The notes under the pieces are model-generated. The model was not told where the DNA came from and did no database searches. It was given only the letters and a program-made list of their open reading frames with translations. A stretch of DNA of 64,000 nucleotides from assembly GCA_963745835.1 (NCBI GenBank), contig CAVUZH010000013.1, positions 544,001-608,000 of the forward strand, given 5' to 3'. The number at the start of each line of letters is the position of its first letter. Position 1 is the stretch's first letter. Shown in pieces: positions 1 through 9,945 of this stretch. A program made the position numbers and the translations under genes. The DNA comes from an uncultured delta proteobacterium (lineage in GTDB: Bacteria > Desulfobacterota > Binatia > UBA9968).

Positions 1-363
1 CTTTAAGCCCCAAACTATTCGGTGAAACTTGAGCCGTTCATCACCAAATCATCTGCAGCGCGCAATTGTTCTGCGTGAGTGATGAGCCAAATACGCCAGG
101 TGAAATGCCGGTTGCTCGGCATCGTTTTGTTTAGCGGTAGTTTGAGACTAAGAACCAACCGTGTAAGCGCTTGAACGATCCTCTGTTATCTTGGTTATTA
201 ACCGTAGTCCCATCCGGCAATGATATGATACGATCTGCGTCGATGAACAACCTTGACAATTTCTGGCTTCGCTGATGATCGCGGGAAAAATCTGCTAGAG
301 GGTATTGCATACGCCCTGAACATTTGACCAGTTCATCCATGCCTGTTTCATGATTTCCTCAAC

Positions 364-1545
364 ATGACGATGCCCTTCCGGCCGCGCTGGTATTTCTTCA
401 TCGCGTTGGTCTTGATCACCTTCATCGGTCCGCTGTCAATCCATCTGTTTATCCCGGCCATGCCGACAGTCAAGGACGAGTTTGGCGTCTCGACCGGCAT
501 GGCGCAACTCACGCTATCGCTGGCAATGTTGTCGATGGCGTTCTTCACCGTTGCCTATGGCGGCTTGTCCGATCGCTACGGACGCAAGCGCGTGCTCCTG
601 GGCGGGCTAGCGTTGTTCACCTGCGGCGCGGCGAGCTGCATGGCCGCCGCCAACCTGCCGATGTTGCTCGCCGGGCGCATCTTGCAAGGAGCGGGAGCGG
701 GTTGCGGTGTCGTCCTGGCGCGCGCCATTGCACGCGACGTCTACGGCCAAGAGCGCGTCGCCCAGGTGATCGCCTATCTCACCGCCGCGTACGTGCTCGG
801 GCCGATGTTTGCGCCGCCGATCGGCGGGCAGCTGACGACACTGTTGGGCTGGCGCGCGCTGTTCGTGCTAGCGTCATCAGTTGGTTTACTGGTGATCTTC
901 GCGGTGGCTTTGGCGGTGCCGGAAACCCGGGCAGACAACGCTGCCGCGCCCCGGAGCGTATTCTCCGGCTACAAGTCGCTGTTGCGTCGTCGGCGGTTCG
1001 TCGGTTTCATGCTCCAGCCGGGACTGATGTCTGCGGCCTTCTACACACAGGCGACCGCCGCATCCTTCCTCGCCGCGGAGCATCTCGGCGCCGATGCTGC
1101 CAACATCGGCCTGTGGTTCTTCGCCTTCCCGATCGGCTTCATGGCCGGCAGTTTCAGCTCGGGCCGGATCGGGGCCAACCGTTCCATCGAATTCATGACC
1201 ACTCTCGGTGGCATGATCGGGGTCGCCAACGGCGCGCTGCTCGTGGCTTGGCTTTATTTCGGCGGAGTATCAATGGCCGCGCTCTACATCCCGGGATTCT
1301 TCGTCAGCCTCGCTCAGGGCCTCTCGATGCCTTACGCTCAAGCCGGCGCGATGGCAGTCGACACCGAGCTCGCCGGTTCGGCCTCGGGCGCGGTGGTGTT
1401 CTCGCAATTCTTCTGGCCGGCCGCGCTGCAGCAGCTCACCGGGCTGCTCGCCGACGGCACCTGGGTGCCAATGGCGTCGGTTCACTTTGCCGCAGTGACC
1501 GGGGCCCTGCTCGCCGCCTGGATGGCGGCGCCGGCTAAGCGCTAG
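364..1545 (+). CDS. Bcr/CflA-family MFS efflux transporter
   Basis: 393 aa with about 12 hydrophobic segments, MFS motif A (GGLSDRYGRKRVL), and Bcr/CflA-like IFIPAMP and ARAIARDVY segments. Confidence 0.9.
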   Translation: MTMPFRPRWYFFIALVLITFIGPLSIHLFIPAMPTVKDEFGVSTGMAQLTLSLAMLSMAFFTVAYGGLSDRYGRKRVLLGGLALFTCGAASCMAAANLPMLLAGRILQGAGAGCGVVLARAIARDVYGQERVAQVIAYLTAAYVLGPMFAPPIGGQLTTLLGWRALFVLASSVGLLVIFAVALAVPETRADNAAAPRSVFSGYKSLLRRRRFVGFMLQPGLMSAAFYTQATAASFLAAEHLGADAANIGLWFFAFPIGFMAGSFSSGRIGANRSIEFMTTLGGMIGVANGALLVAWLYFGGVSMAALYIPGFFVSLAQGLSMPYAQAGAMAVDTELAGSASGAVVFSQFFWPAALQQLTGLLADGTWVPMASVHFAAVTGALLAAWMAAPAKR

Positions 1546-2009
1546 CTTTTTTAAAAAGAATTAACCCGAGCTGTCTCTCGAAGGCGTCTAAGATTGAATG
1601 TGAGACGGACACCAGCTCTGATTCGTGACAGGGCGCCGAGCATAAATCCTTCTATTTCAACATTTCGAATTTTCGTCAGACGAAACTCCCGCTGACATTT
1701 CTCTAGAAGCAACAGCACAGGGATCACACCCGCAGGGCTATGCAGACGATCTCTGAAATGCGACTAGCGAGTTTGTCTCGTGGGTCCACAGCGTCCCCCC
1801 GATGTTCCGCATATCGCGCGAAGATTTCGCAGGTCCGCATCTATTTCGAAGACGCTTCTGCTTGCCTTGAATGTGATCGACGACTAGTTGTACGCCGTCC
1901 GCCTCAAGTCATCTACGTCGGAACTGTTCCCGCAAATTTTTATATTTATATTGACGAGCTACTCTGGCTGAGGCTACTGTTCGCTGAAAAATTCGCAGGA
2001 GGATGCGTT

Positions 2010-4046
2010 GTGAATTTTAGAAAATCGTATCGAAGCATTGCGTTGCTGAGTATCGGTTCTATGCTGTTCTCCTTAGCGCGTGGCAATGTGCGTGCGGCCG
2101 GCGCCCAGTCCGGTCGCTTTCATCTCGAAGAAGCGACGATCGCCGACGTGCATCGCGCCATCCGCGCCAAGCAAATCACCGCGACGCAAATCGTGCAATT
2201 ATATTTTAAGCGAATCGAGGCCTATAACGGCCTCTGCGTGAAAGGCGACATCGACCCGGCCACTGGCCTGATGCTCGGCGATTTGACGCCGATCGAGAAT
2301 GCCGGTCAGCTAAACGCCTATACGACGTTGAACATCCGCGGCCAACGTTCCAAGACCGACACAGCCGATAACGATCCAAAAATGCCGGACGCTTTGGAAG
2401 TGGCAAAAGCTCAGGACGCGTACTTCGCGCGCACCGGCAGACTGATCGGGCCGCTGCACGGTATTCCTTTCGCGATAAAAGATAACTACGACACCGCGGA
2501 TATGCGGACCACTGCGGGCGCAGCCGCAGCGTATGCCAATGACAAACCACCGCGGGACGCTACCATGATTGCGAAACTGCGGGCCGCCGGCGCGATCTTT
2601 TTGGGCAAGACCAATCTGGATGAGTACGCGCCGGCCAGCATCGCGCGCAGCGCGCTGGGCGGCCAGACTTGCAATCCATACGACACCAAACGCGTCCCTG
2701 GTGGATCGAGCGCCGGATCTGGCGCGGCGGTGGCGGCGAATTTGGCAATGTGCGCGCTCGGCACGGACACGTCCGGCTCGGTGCGTTTTCCATCCACCGC
2801 CAATGCGCTCGTTGGCATAGTCGCTACGCAAGGGCTGGTAAGCCGAGCGGGAATAATTCCTTTATCATTTTCGCGCGACCGCGGCGGACCGATGTGCCGC
2901 ACCGTTCAGGACACCGCGACGGTGCTCGAAGTTGTCGCCGGCGCCGACCCGCGGGATCATGTAACGGCGCCGGCGCATGGCAAGAAAGCCGTACCGTACC
3001 GACAGTACGCGAACAAAAAATCCCTCGCCGGCAAACGTTTGGGTGTAGTGCGCGAGTTCATGATCGAAGCAACGGTCGCTGACCGCGACAGCATCCGCAT
3101 CGCCAACCAGGCGATAGCCGACATGAAGCGTCTCGGCGCCACCATCGTCGATCCGGTAAATTTCGACGGCGCCATAGCCGAGATCATGGCGTCTTATGAA
3201 CCGAGCTTCTTCACCCAGACTTTCAAAGATGCTGTTCCCGCGGAAATTGATCCCATTGATCGCATGGTGGAGATCAGCGGCGATCCGAAAACGCTGCCAA
3301 CCGGCCTGCGCGGCGTCAATCTCCGGATGATCGCCGGCCAGCGCCGCGGTGAAGAAGGCAAGTACGCGATGAATCTTTATCTGCGCCAGCGCGGCGATGC
3401 CAAATTTCGCAGCGTCGAAGACATGTTCGCGACCAAAACGTTCTCCGGCGATTTGCCGGTGCTGCAGAATGCATTTGGCGCCAAGGCGAAAACCCTCGAT
3501 ACGCCGGCGCATTCGAGCCACATCTTACGGATGCAAAACCTGCAACGGATACTTCACAAAGTCATGGCGGACAATAATCTCGACGCGCTGGTCTATCCTT
3601 ACAGCACCATTCCGCCGCACATGGTGTTGGCCAACCGCACGCCGGAGGTGTACGACACGCATACCGAGCCGCGGATGTTGAAGGCGGGCACGGAACTTTC
3701 CGATCCGAATTTATTGCCGGGCGAGACCAAATTGAAAACCGATTTGGATCTGTGGCGCGGCGCCGGCAGCAGCTGGAGCGTGAACTTGAGCCCGGTAAGT
3801 GGATTCCCCGCCATCGTTGTACCGGCGGGATTCACCCGAGAAGTGTACGATCGTGTCCCTGACGCCAATGATCCTAACCGCAGCCGCTTGGAAGGCCCCA
3901 AACCGGATCAAATTCCGGTCGGCATGGAATTTCTTGGGCGTCCATTCGACGAAGCGACCCTCTTTGAAATCGCCTCGGCCTATGAAGCCGGAACAAAACA
4001 CAGGCGCGCGCCGAAAGCGTTTGGGCCGCTAAAAGGAGAACCATAA
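2010..4046 (+). CDS. Amidase-signature (GatA-like) family enzyme with N-terminal signal peptide
   Basis: Motifs GPLHGIPFAIKDNYDT, GGSSAGSG and GTDTSGSVRFPS (Lys-cisSer-Ser triad). GTG start at 2010 follows GGAGG; the 1740 start of the ORF track is probably over-extended. Confidence 0.88.
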   Translation: MNFRKSYRSIALLSIGSMLFSLARGNVRAAGAQSGRFHLEEATIADVHRAIRAKQITATQIVQLYFKRIEAYNGLCVKGDIDPATGLMLGDLTPIENAGQLNAYTTLNIRGQRSKTDTADNDPKMPDALEVAKAQDAYFARTGRLIGPLHGIPFAIKDNYDTADMRTTAGAAAAYANDKPPRDATMIAKLRAAGAIFLGKTNLDEYAPASIARSALGGQTCNPYDTKRVPGGSSAGSGAAVAANLAMCALGTDTSGSVRFPSTANALVGIVATQGLVSRAGIIPLSFSRDRGGPMCRTVQDTATVLEVVAGADPRDHVTAPAHGKKAVPYRQYANKKSLAGKRLGVVREFMIEATVADRDSIRIANQAIADMKRLGATIVDPVNFDGAIAEIMASYEPSFFTQTFKDAVPAEIDPIDRMVEISGDPKTLPTGLRGVNLRMIAGQRRGEEGKYAMNLYLRQRGDAKFRSVEDMFATKTFSGDLPVLQNAFGAKAKTLDTPAHSSHILRMQNLQRILHKVMADNNLDALVYPYSTIPPHMVLANRTPEVYDTHTEPRMLKAGTELSDPNLLPGETKLKTDLDLWRGAGSSWSVNLSPVSGFPAIVVPAGFTREVYDRVPDANDPNRSRLEGPKPDQIPVGMEFLGRPFDEATLFEIASAYEAGTKHRRAPKAFGPLKGEP

Positions 4047-4184
4047 ACCAGGTAAGTTGATGGTCGGGCGTTCGGCGCGACCTGAACACACGGAGGAACG
4101 TATTGATAAAGTCGATGGCAGGTCCTCTTCCTGTTGGTGTTCGATGTGCGGTTTCGGTGGAAGGGAAAACGAGTGGGTCAGTAG

Positions 4185-4260
4185 GCTGCCATATTGTCGA
4201 CGACAACGGTCGGGTTGCCAGGAATATGCTTGTGCAGATGCCGGCCGATCACCCCTCCCA
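4185..4260 (-). pseudogene. Short remnant of a TctC/Bug-type solute-binding gene
   Basis: Minus strand reads IGRHLHKHIPGNPTVVVDNMAA, matching RHLGKHLPGNPSIVVQNMPG in 55622-56668. Confidence 0.55.
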
Positions 4261-4469
4261 AGTCATCCGTATCGGTCATTGGTATCGATGCTCCAACCTC
4301 TTATGATTTAAAGACGTTCAGCGGACCGCAACTCAGTCGACAATCTTTCTCTCGGCGGGATTTCTTTGTTCATGAGCAGGCCGTCCCGTCCATTTTCGGA
4401 GTGGCCTCATTCTGCGCCGCTTTGGAATCCTTTTTAAGGAAGGACCGGTGCGCTCGTGACCGTCTCATA

Positions 4470-4582
4470 TATTACCGTAGTAATTAAAGCTAATGGCATT
4501 GGCGGAATCAAAGTTTCCGCTCAGGGACAAATTTCCGTTCCTGTTTAGTCCGACGAAAGCTCGGTATCGGCGCCGGTTCGTT
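4470..4582 (+). pseudogene. Decayed 5' copy of the AbrB/VapB antitoxin gene, with operator-like upstream sequence
   Basis: atggcattggcggaatcaaag...cagggacaaatttccgttcc...cgacgaaagctcggtatcggc aligns with 16693-16790; contains a frameshift and a stop. Confidence 0.75.
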
Positions 4583-4625
4583 GTCCACACTCAAGCCAAC
4601 TTAACTGTTCATCGGCGAGTTGCAA

Positions 4626-4654
4626 TTGACGAGAGCCGATCTAGACCGTAGATT
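4626..4654 (+). promoter_or_regulatory. Sigma70-type promoter of the phd-relE pair
   Basis: TTGACG-17 nt-TAGATT, with a repeated TAGACC motif that could be an antitoxin operator. Confidence 0.55.
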
Positions 4655-4695
4655 AAAGTTAGACCAAAATTCTGGTTGAGTGGAGGAATCAAAGC

Positions 4696-4989
4696 GTGGC
4701 CAAAACCATGCCAATTTCGGAGGTAAAGACGCGCTTGCCGGAGCTCGTAACGGGTGTGGAAGAGCGCGAAGATGAAATTGTCGTCACGCGCAACGGAAAA
4801 CCCGCAGCCGTGCTGATTAACTATGATGAATACGAACGGTTGCAGGAAACGCTCGATGTATTGAGCGATCCCGTGTCCATGAGACAGATCGCTCAGAGTA
4901 AACGTTTTTATGGCAAAACCCGCCGGGGAGAATCCTACGAAGCTCTTTTCGATGAACCTCTCATTCCTGGTACACGTCGAAAACGGTAA
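4696..4989 (+). CDS. Phd/YefM-family antitoxin
   Basis: MPISEVKTRLPELV...EIVVTRNGKPAAVLI...YERLQETL. Confidence 0.9.
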   Translation: MAKTMPISEVKTRLPELVTGVEEREDEIVVTRNGKPAAVLINYDEYERLQETLDVLSDPVSMRQIAQSKRFYGKTRRGESYEALFDEPLIPGTRRKR

Positions 4990-5279
4990 TGGTCCCGTAT
5001 CGGACCGATATACCGCCACACAGAGCCGAGATCGTTCGCCACTTACCTCCGGATTTGAAGCGGAGCGTAAAGCAAGCGCTGCGATCATTAAGCGCAGATC
5101 CCCTCGCTGGAACGCCGCTGATCGGAGAATTAGCGGGGTTATGGCGAATCAAAGTCAGACGGTTTCGTATTGTTTATGCGCCGGATCGCAAGGCGCGACT
5201 TATTAGAATTTTCGCTATTGCACATCGACGAGAAGTGTATGAGAAAACAGCGGACCTGTTTCGACTAAGTCAAAAGTAA
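4989..5279 (+). CDS. RelE/ParE-family toxin
   Basis: 96 aa, overlaps the antitoxin stop, GLWRIKVRRFRIVY...IAHRREVYE. Confidence 0.9.
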   Translation: MVPYRTDIPPHRAEIVRHLPPDLKRSVKQALRSLSADPLAGTPLIGELAGLWRIKVRRFRIVYAPDRKARLIRIFAIAHRREVYEKTADLFRLSQK

Positions 5280-5501
5280 GACCCTGCACTTCATACCATC
5301 CAATGTCGATGTCATCGCGTCTGGAGTTCTCCCGATTCGCAGGTAGAGGCCTTGCGCCTCCTGGGCAAAGCCGGATTGGCGAACACATAGCGTCAACACG
5401 ATGCGCCAAAATTAAAAACTGCTTCGCGTTCATGCTGCTCTCCTGGTTGAGCTCGTCGCATCTGCTTACTATGCAGACTCCTTTGCAAAATCGTGATTGA
5501 A

Positions 5502-5552
5502 GCCCTCACCCTGCGCTCTCCCGCAAACGGCCAACCCCCCTTGCGGAGAGGG
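5502..5552. repeat. REP-like palindrome (CCCTCACCC...CTCTCCC / GGAGAGGG type)
   Basis: gccctcaccctgcgctctcccgcaa...ttgcggagagggc is an imperfect inverted repeat between convergent genes. Confidence 0.55.
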
Positions 5553-5573
5553 CAATTCACTTGCTGCAGGCAA

Positions 5574-6617
5574 TCACGGCTCGACCAAGACCTTGATCGA
5601 CTCGCGCTGATCCATCGCCCGGTAGCCGTCAGGCACATCGTCCAAACCCACGGCCCGGTCGAAGACCTTGCCAGGCTCGATCCTGCCCTCGAGAATGTCG
5701 GGTAGAAGCTCGTCGATGTATGCGCGGACCGGCGCCGGTCCGCCGCTCACGGTGACGTTGTTGTAGAACGCCGGCAACGACCCCGGCATCGTTTGACCCT
5801 GGGGAACACCGACCCGGCCGACTGCACCGCCCGGACGCGCGATGCTGATCGCGGTGAGCATCGACTGTTCGAGGCCGACGCATTCGAGCACGGAGTGAAC
5901 GCCATAGCCGCCGGTGAGCTCACGCACGCGCTCAATCGCCTCGTCGCCGCGTTCGCTCACGACGTCAGTCGCGCCGAACTCTTTAGCGAGTGCGATCCGG
6001 GCGGCATGCCGGCCCAGCATGATGATCTGCTCAGCGCCTAAGCGTTTCGCGGCAATCACGCCGCACAATCCCACGGCGCCGTCACCCACAATGGCCACTT
6101 TCTTTCCTGGACCAACCTTCGCCGTGACGGCCGCGTGATGCCCGGTGCCCATCACGTCTGAAAGCGTGAGAAGGGAAGGCATCAATGCGTCATCTTGTCC
6201 TACGGCCAGGACGAAGAGAGTTCCGTCTGCCAGAGGCACGCGCAGCGCTTCGGCCTGCGCTCCATTCATGCCGGCGATGCCGAAGAATCCTCCCTGAACA
6301 CAGGAGGTCTGCAGTCCTTCGTGGCAGAAGACGCAGGTGCCGTCCGAGTAGGCGAACGGCATAATGACGAGATCGCCGGCTTTCATCGTGCGAACGTCGT
6401 TGCCAACTTCTTCGACGAAGCCGATCGCCTCATGTCCCATGCGACGGCCGCTGTCAGGGATCTCTTCCATTCCTCGATACGGCCATAAATCGCTGCCGCA
6501 GATACAGGCCCGGCTGACCGCTACGACCGCGTCTGTGGGCTCAATGATACGGGCGTCGGGGACATTCTCGATGCGAACGTCGCCCGCTCTGTACATTACA
6601 GTTGCACGCATAAACAT
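5574..6617 (-). CDS. Zinc-dependent medium-chain alcohol dehydrogenase
   Basis: CICGSDL, GHE and GDGAVG motifs, plus a structural Zn cluster (D..C..C.......C). Confidence 0.92.
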   Translation of the reverse strand: MFMRATVMYRAGDVRIENVPDARIIEPTDAVVAVSRACICGSDLWPYRGMEEIPDSGRRMGHEAIGFVEEVGNDVRTMKAGDLVIMPFAYSDGTCVFCHEGLQTSCVQGGFFGIAGMNGAQAEALRVPLADGTLFVLAVGQDDALMPSLLTLSDVMGTGHHAAVTAKVGPGKKVAIVGDGAVGLCGVIAAKRLGAEQIIMLGRHAARIALAKEFGATDVVSERGDEAIERVRELTGGYGVHSVLECVGLEQSMLTAISIARPGGAVGRVGVPQGQTMPGSLPAFYNNVTVSGGPAPVRAYIDELLPDILEGRIEPGKVFDRAVGLDDVPDGYRAMDQRESIKVLVEP

Positions 6618-6644
6618 TTACCTCTGCTTTCCGTGATTATTGAG

Positions 6645-7037
6645 CTAAGAGCTTGTTGAGCGTGGCACTACTTTCAGTGTCGTGGATCGTGCCTTCGGAG
6701 TAACAATGCTGTTAATGATGTTGGCCGCATAGCGCCGGTACTTTGTCCGGTACGCGGCATCGAGCTTGTCGTTGATTTCGGGATCGGCGTCTACGAACGT
6801 GACGTCTTTGGCAACGCCGCCGGCCTCGATGCGCCCTTCGTGACGCACCTGAGTGCCACGGAACCAGGCCGCCGTACGCCCATTCACCGATCGCACGTAG
6901 AGGTCGCCACCGTCGCGGACAATCCAAATCGTCACCGGCTTTGTCAGCGTGCCGTCCGATCGGAGTGACGCGATCTCCAGTTCTTCCGCTTCGCCAATCT
7001 TGTCCAGCTCGTTGCTGGTCCACATCGTCATCAACAC
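6645..7037 (-). CDS. DUF2255-family protein
   Basis: W...EL..I..AEEL.IAS.R.DG.L..PVTIW.V...LYVRS..G...WFRG pattern. Confidence 0.75.
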   Translation of the reverse strand: MLMTMWTSNELDKIGEAEELEIASLRSDGTLTKPVTIWIVRDGGDLYVRSVNGRTAAWFRGTQVRHEGRIEAGGVAKDVTFVDADPEINDKLDAAYRTKYRRYAANIINSIVTPKARSTTLKVVPRSTSS

Positions 7038-7086
7038 GTCTCCTTCCTAATGCCCAGTTGCGCCAGTTGCGTTCTGCCGGTTCCTT

Positions 7087-7497
7087 TCATTCAGGGTTTG
7101 ATGCGGCCCGGTATTGTTCGTCGCTGACTTTCTCCAGCCACTCGACAACTTTGCCGTCGAGCTGTTCCTGGATGGCGATATGGGTCACCGCCGTGGTCGA
7201 TGTAGCGCCATGCCAATGCTTTTCATTCCGCGGGCACCAGACCACGTCGCCCGGCCGAATTTCCTCTTTTGAAGCGCCTTCGCTTTGCACCCACCCACAC
7301 CCGGACGTGACGATCAGGTTCTGCCCGAGCGGGTGGGTGTGCCATGCCGTCCGGGCGCCGGGCTCGAACGTGACACTCGCCGCACGCGCGCGTGAAGGGT
7401 CGGGCGCCTCGAACAACGGATCAATACGTACGTTGCCGGTAAAATATTCCGCCGGCCCTTTGGTGGAAGGCTGTGAGCCGCATCGTCGCAGGTTCAT
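7087..7497 (-). CDS. Cupin domain protein
   Basis: [18 protein letters not shown] and GDVVW.P...KHWHGA. Confidence 0.9.
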   Translation of the reverse strand: MNLRRCGSQPSTKGPAEYFTGNVRIDPLFEAPDPSRARAASVTFEPGARTAWHTHPLGQNLIVTSGCGWVQSEGASKEEIRPGDVVWCPRNEKHWHGATSTTAVTHIAIQEQLDGKVVEWLEKVSDEQYRAASNPE

Positions 7498-7622
7498 CGT
7501 TTAACCTCCTTGTCTGATTAGGCCATCGCTTATTTCTTCACTGCCATGCGGAAAATGTAGCAGTTGCGGCGGCACGAGATTAGAGAGTAAATTCCGCATG
7601 CACTCATGAGGTCTGTTCATAA

Positions 7623-8516
7623 ATGCAGCGCGAAAATTTTAACGATATCCTCGCGTTTCTAGCTGTCGCGCGAGAGCGAAGCTTCACCAAAGCGGCTGCA
7701 CAGCTCGGGGTTTCCCAGTCAGCGTTAAGCCATGCGATTAGCGCTTTGGAGGCAAGACTCGGACTTCGGTTGCTGACTCGCACCACGCGTAGCGTCTCGC
7801 CGACCGAGGCGGGTGAACGCCTGGTTCTGACGGTGGCTCCCCGGTTCGAGGAGATCGAAGCCGAGATGGAAGCCCTAACCGAGCTTCGGGAGAAGCCGGC
7901 CGGCACAATTCGGATCACCGCCACCGACTATGTGGCCGATACGATCCTCTGGCCGAAACTTACGAAGTTCCTGCGGGATTATCCGGACATCAAGGTCGAG
8001 ATCACCGTCGAGTACGGCCTGACCGACATCGTTGCCCAACGCTATGACGCCGGCGTGCGATCTGGCGAGCAAGTGGCCAGGGATATGATCGCGGTTCGGA
8101 TCGGACCGGACATCCGTATGGCGGTCGTTGGCGCCCCGTCATATTTCGCTAAGCGGTCTCTACCAAAGAAGCCGCAGGATTTGACCAATCACAAGTGCAT
8201 CAATCTGCGCCTGGCAACTTATGGAGGGTTGTATGCGTGGGAGTTCGAAAGAGGCGGCCGCGAACTGAAGGTGCGAGTCGATGGCCAGCTCGTCTTCAAT
8301 GGCACTGCCCAGATGCTCAATGCGGCGCTGGCAGGATTCGGCTTGGCTTATTTGCCGGAGGAGCTGGCGCGGCCGCATTTAACTCGAGGACATCTCAAGC
8401 GAGTGCTCGAGGATTGGTGCCCGCCTTTTCCGGGATATCACCTTTATTATCCGAGTCGCCGCCACTCGTCACCCGCGTTCTCACTGCTGGTTGATGCGTT
8501 GCGCTACCGGCGTTAG
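7623..8516 (+). CDS. LysR-family regulator, divergent from the cupin-DUF2255-ADH operon
   Basis: HTH segment SFTKAAAQLGVSQSALSH and LLTRTTRSVSPTEAG; 297 aa. Confidence 0.95.
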   Translation: MQRENFNDILAFLAVARERSFTKAAAQLGVSQSALSHAISALEARLGLRLLTRTTRSVSPTEAGERLVLTVAPRFEEIEAEMEALTELREKPAGTIRITATDYVADTILWPKLTKFLRDYPDIKVEITVEYGLTDIVAQRYDAGVRSGEQVARDMIAVRIGPDIRMAVVGAPSYFAKRSLPKKPQDLTNHKCINLRLATYGGLYAWEFERGGRELKVRVDGQLVFNGTAQMLNAALAGFGLAYLPEELARPHLTRGHLKRVLEDWCPPFPGYHLYYPSRRHSSPAFSLLVDALRYRR

Positions 8517-8576
8517 CGCAGCGGGATCAGCTTCGGGTGAAATTCTCAACCAGGCGTTTCTTAGATGCTTAGCGCT

Positions 8577-9461
8577 TTAACCAAGCTCGAACTCACTGCT
8601 TTGCACGTCGCCGCCCCAGACGTCCACCGGAGTGCCGCTGGGATAGACGATCGGTTGGTGAGTGGCGTCTTCGAGCCGGCGATGGCCCCAGCCAAACTCC
8701 ACGGCAAATCCCCCGGGCGTTTGCACATAAACATGTATGGTCTGACAATTGGGATGCCGCCCTGGTCCCATGCCGATGGGCGCTCCGCGGGTCCGCAGGA
8801 AGTGGTAGGAGCGCATCACGTCATCGAGTGATCCAACTTCCAGCATCACATGTTGCAGCCGCGGAGACTTACCCGGCATGCATGGCGCGAAAGCGATGCT
8901 GTGATGGCGCGCGTTGCAGCGCAGGAAACACAACCGGATATGCTCGTCGATGCATACCCAGTCGCTCAAGCGAAAGCCCAACACACCGGTATAAAAGTCA
9001 TGTGACCGCTGCGTATCCTTGACCGTGAGCAGCACATGGCCCAGGCCTGTGACGTTTAGTTCGCGGGTGTAACGCGCGGGCTCTTTGTCGACCTCGAAGC
9101 CATGCGCTAACGCCAGAGGATGACCATCGGGATCCCTGAATTCGATAAAATCAGCCACCTGCCGTGCGAGACATTCCTCCTTGTTGCCTGCGCGCCAATC
9201 GATGTCTTGGGCTGCGAGTTTGGCTTTCCACTCGTCAAGCGCGTCACACCCACCGACGTCAAAACCAATGTAATTAAGCACCGGCTCCGGAGCCGTACGC
9301 GCGGTCAGCCGATGCGGATAGCGATCGACCCGCATATACGTCACATTTCCATCGGATGAGTCGGTAGTCGGAAACCCCAGCATGTCATGGGAGAAACGCG
9401 CGAATGTTTCACGATCCGGCATGCCGACGCCAATCTGCATAATGTCCTTTATCGTACTCAC
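8577..9461 (-). CDS. VOC-family extradiol ring-cleavage dioxygenase (BphC-like)
   Basis: GLGHVLL, FYTGVLGFRLSD, FLRCNARHHSIA, LQHVMLEV, GRH and YVQTPGGFAVEFG (His/His/Glu metal ligands). Confidence 0.88.
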   Translation of the reverse strand: MSTIKDIMQIGVGMPDRETFARFSHDMLGFPTTDSSDGNVTYMRVDRYPHRLTARTAPEPVLNYIGFDVGGCDALDEWKAKLAAQDIDWRAGNKEECLARQVADFIEFRDPDGHPLALAHGFEVDKEPARYTRELNVTGLGHVLLTVKDTQRSHDFYTGVLGFRLSDWVCIDEHIRLCFLRCNARHHSIAFAPCMPGKSPRLQHVMLEVGSLDDVMRSYHFLRTRGAPIGMGPGRHPNCQTIHVYVQTPGGFAVEFGWGHRRLEDATHQPIVYPSGTPVDVWGGDVQSSEFELG

Positions 9462-9637
9462 GGTAGATTCCCTTTCGTCGCAAAATCCTCAGCGGAATTA
9501 TCATCTCTCAATCTTCCGGCTTGTACAACCGCACAGTGAATAGAACGCTGGTGTTTGTAAGTCGGTGCGCGTCCGTTGGTCGACCGCGAAATCCGGAATC
9601 TAAAAAAACAATACAGTGTTGAAAAACTCTGGTACAC

Positions 9638-9758
9638 GCTGTTCAAAAAGGCCTCAGATACTAGGCGCGCGAGAAATCGATGAGCGCAGGCGCATTTATT
9701 GATACGTTGGAGAGAGGCGATCGAGCGGCAACGAAGCAGGTGAGCCTTTTTCAACAGC
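9638..9758. mobile_element. MITE-like element of about 120 bp
   Basis: Terminal inverted repeats gctgttcaaaaaggc (9638-9652) and gcctttttcaacagc (9744-9758), 14/15 match; non-coding interior. Confidence 0.6.
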
Positions 9759-9945
9759 CTGACAAAGCTTGACCCCGATGCTTAGGTTTGAGATTAAAAC
9801 GACCAAGCACAAGGACGCCCGGTGGAGGGAAAGAATCTCCCCGTCGCCGGTGTGAGCTCAGGAATCTATGAAGTAAAAGTCTGACGACGGGTCGCCGGAC
9901 GGAAAAATAGTTGTCCTTATATAATAGTTGTCTCTATTATATAGC

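Noticed and set aside
131-340. 69-aa minus-strand ORF
   Set aside because: No recognisable motif; it may be a fragment but no call can be supported.
1740-2009. N-terminal extension of the amidase ORF
   Set aside because: The RBS and signal peptide point to the GTG at 2010, and the extension runs through repeat-like intergenic DNA.
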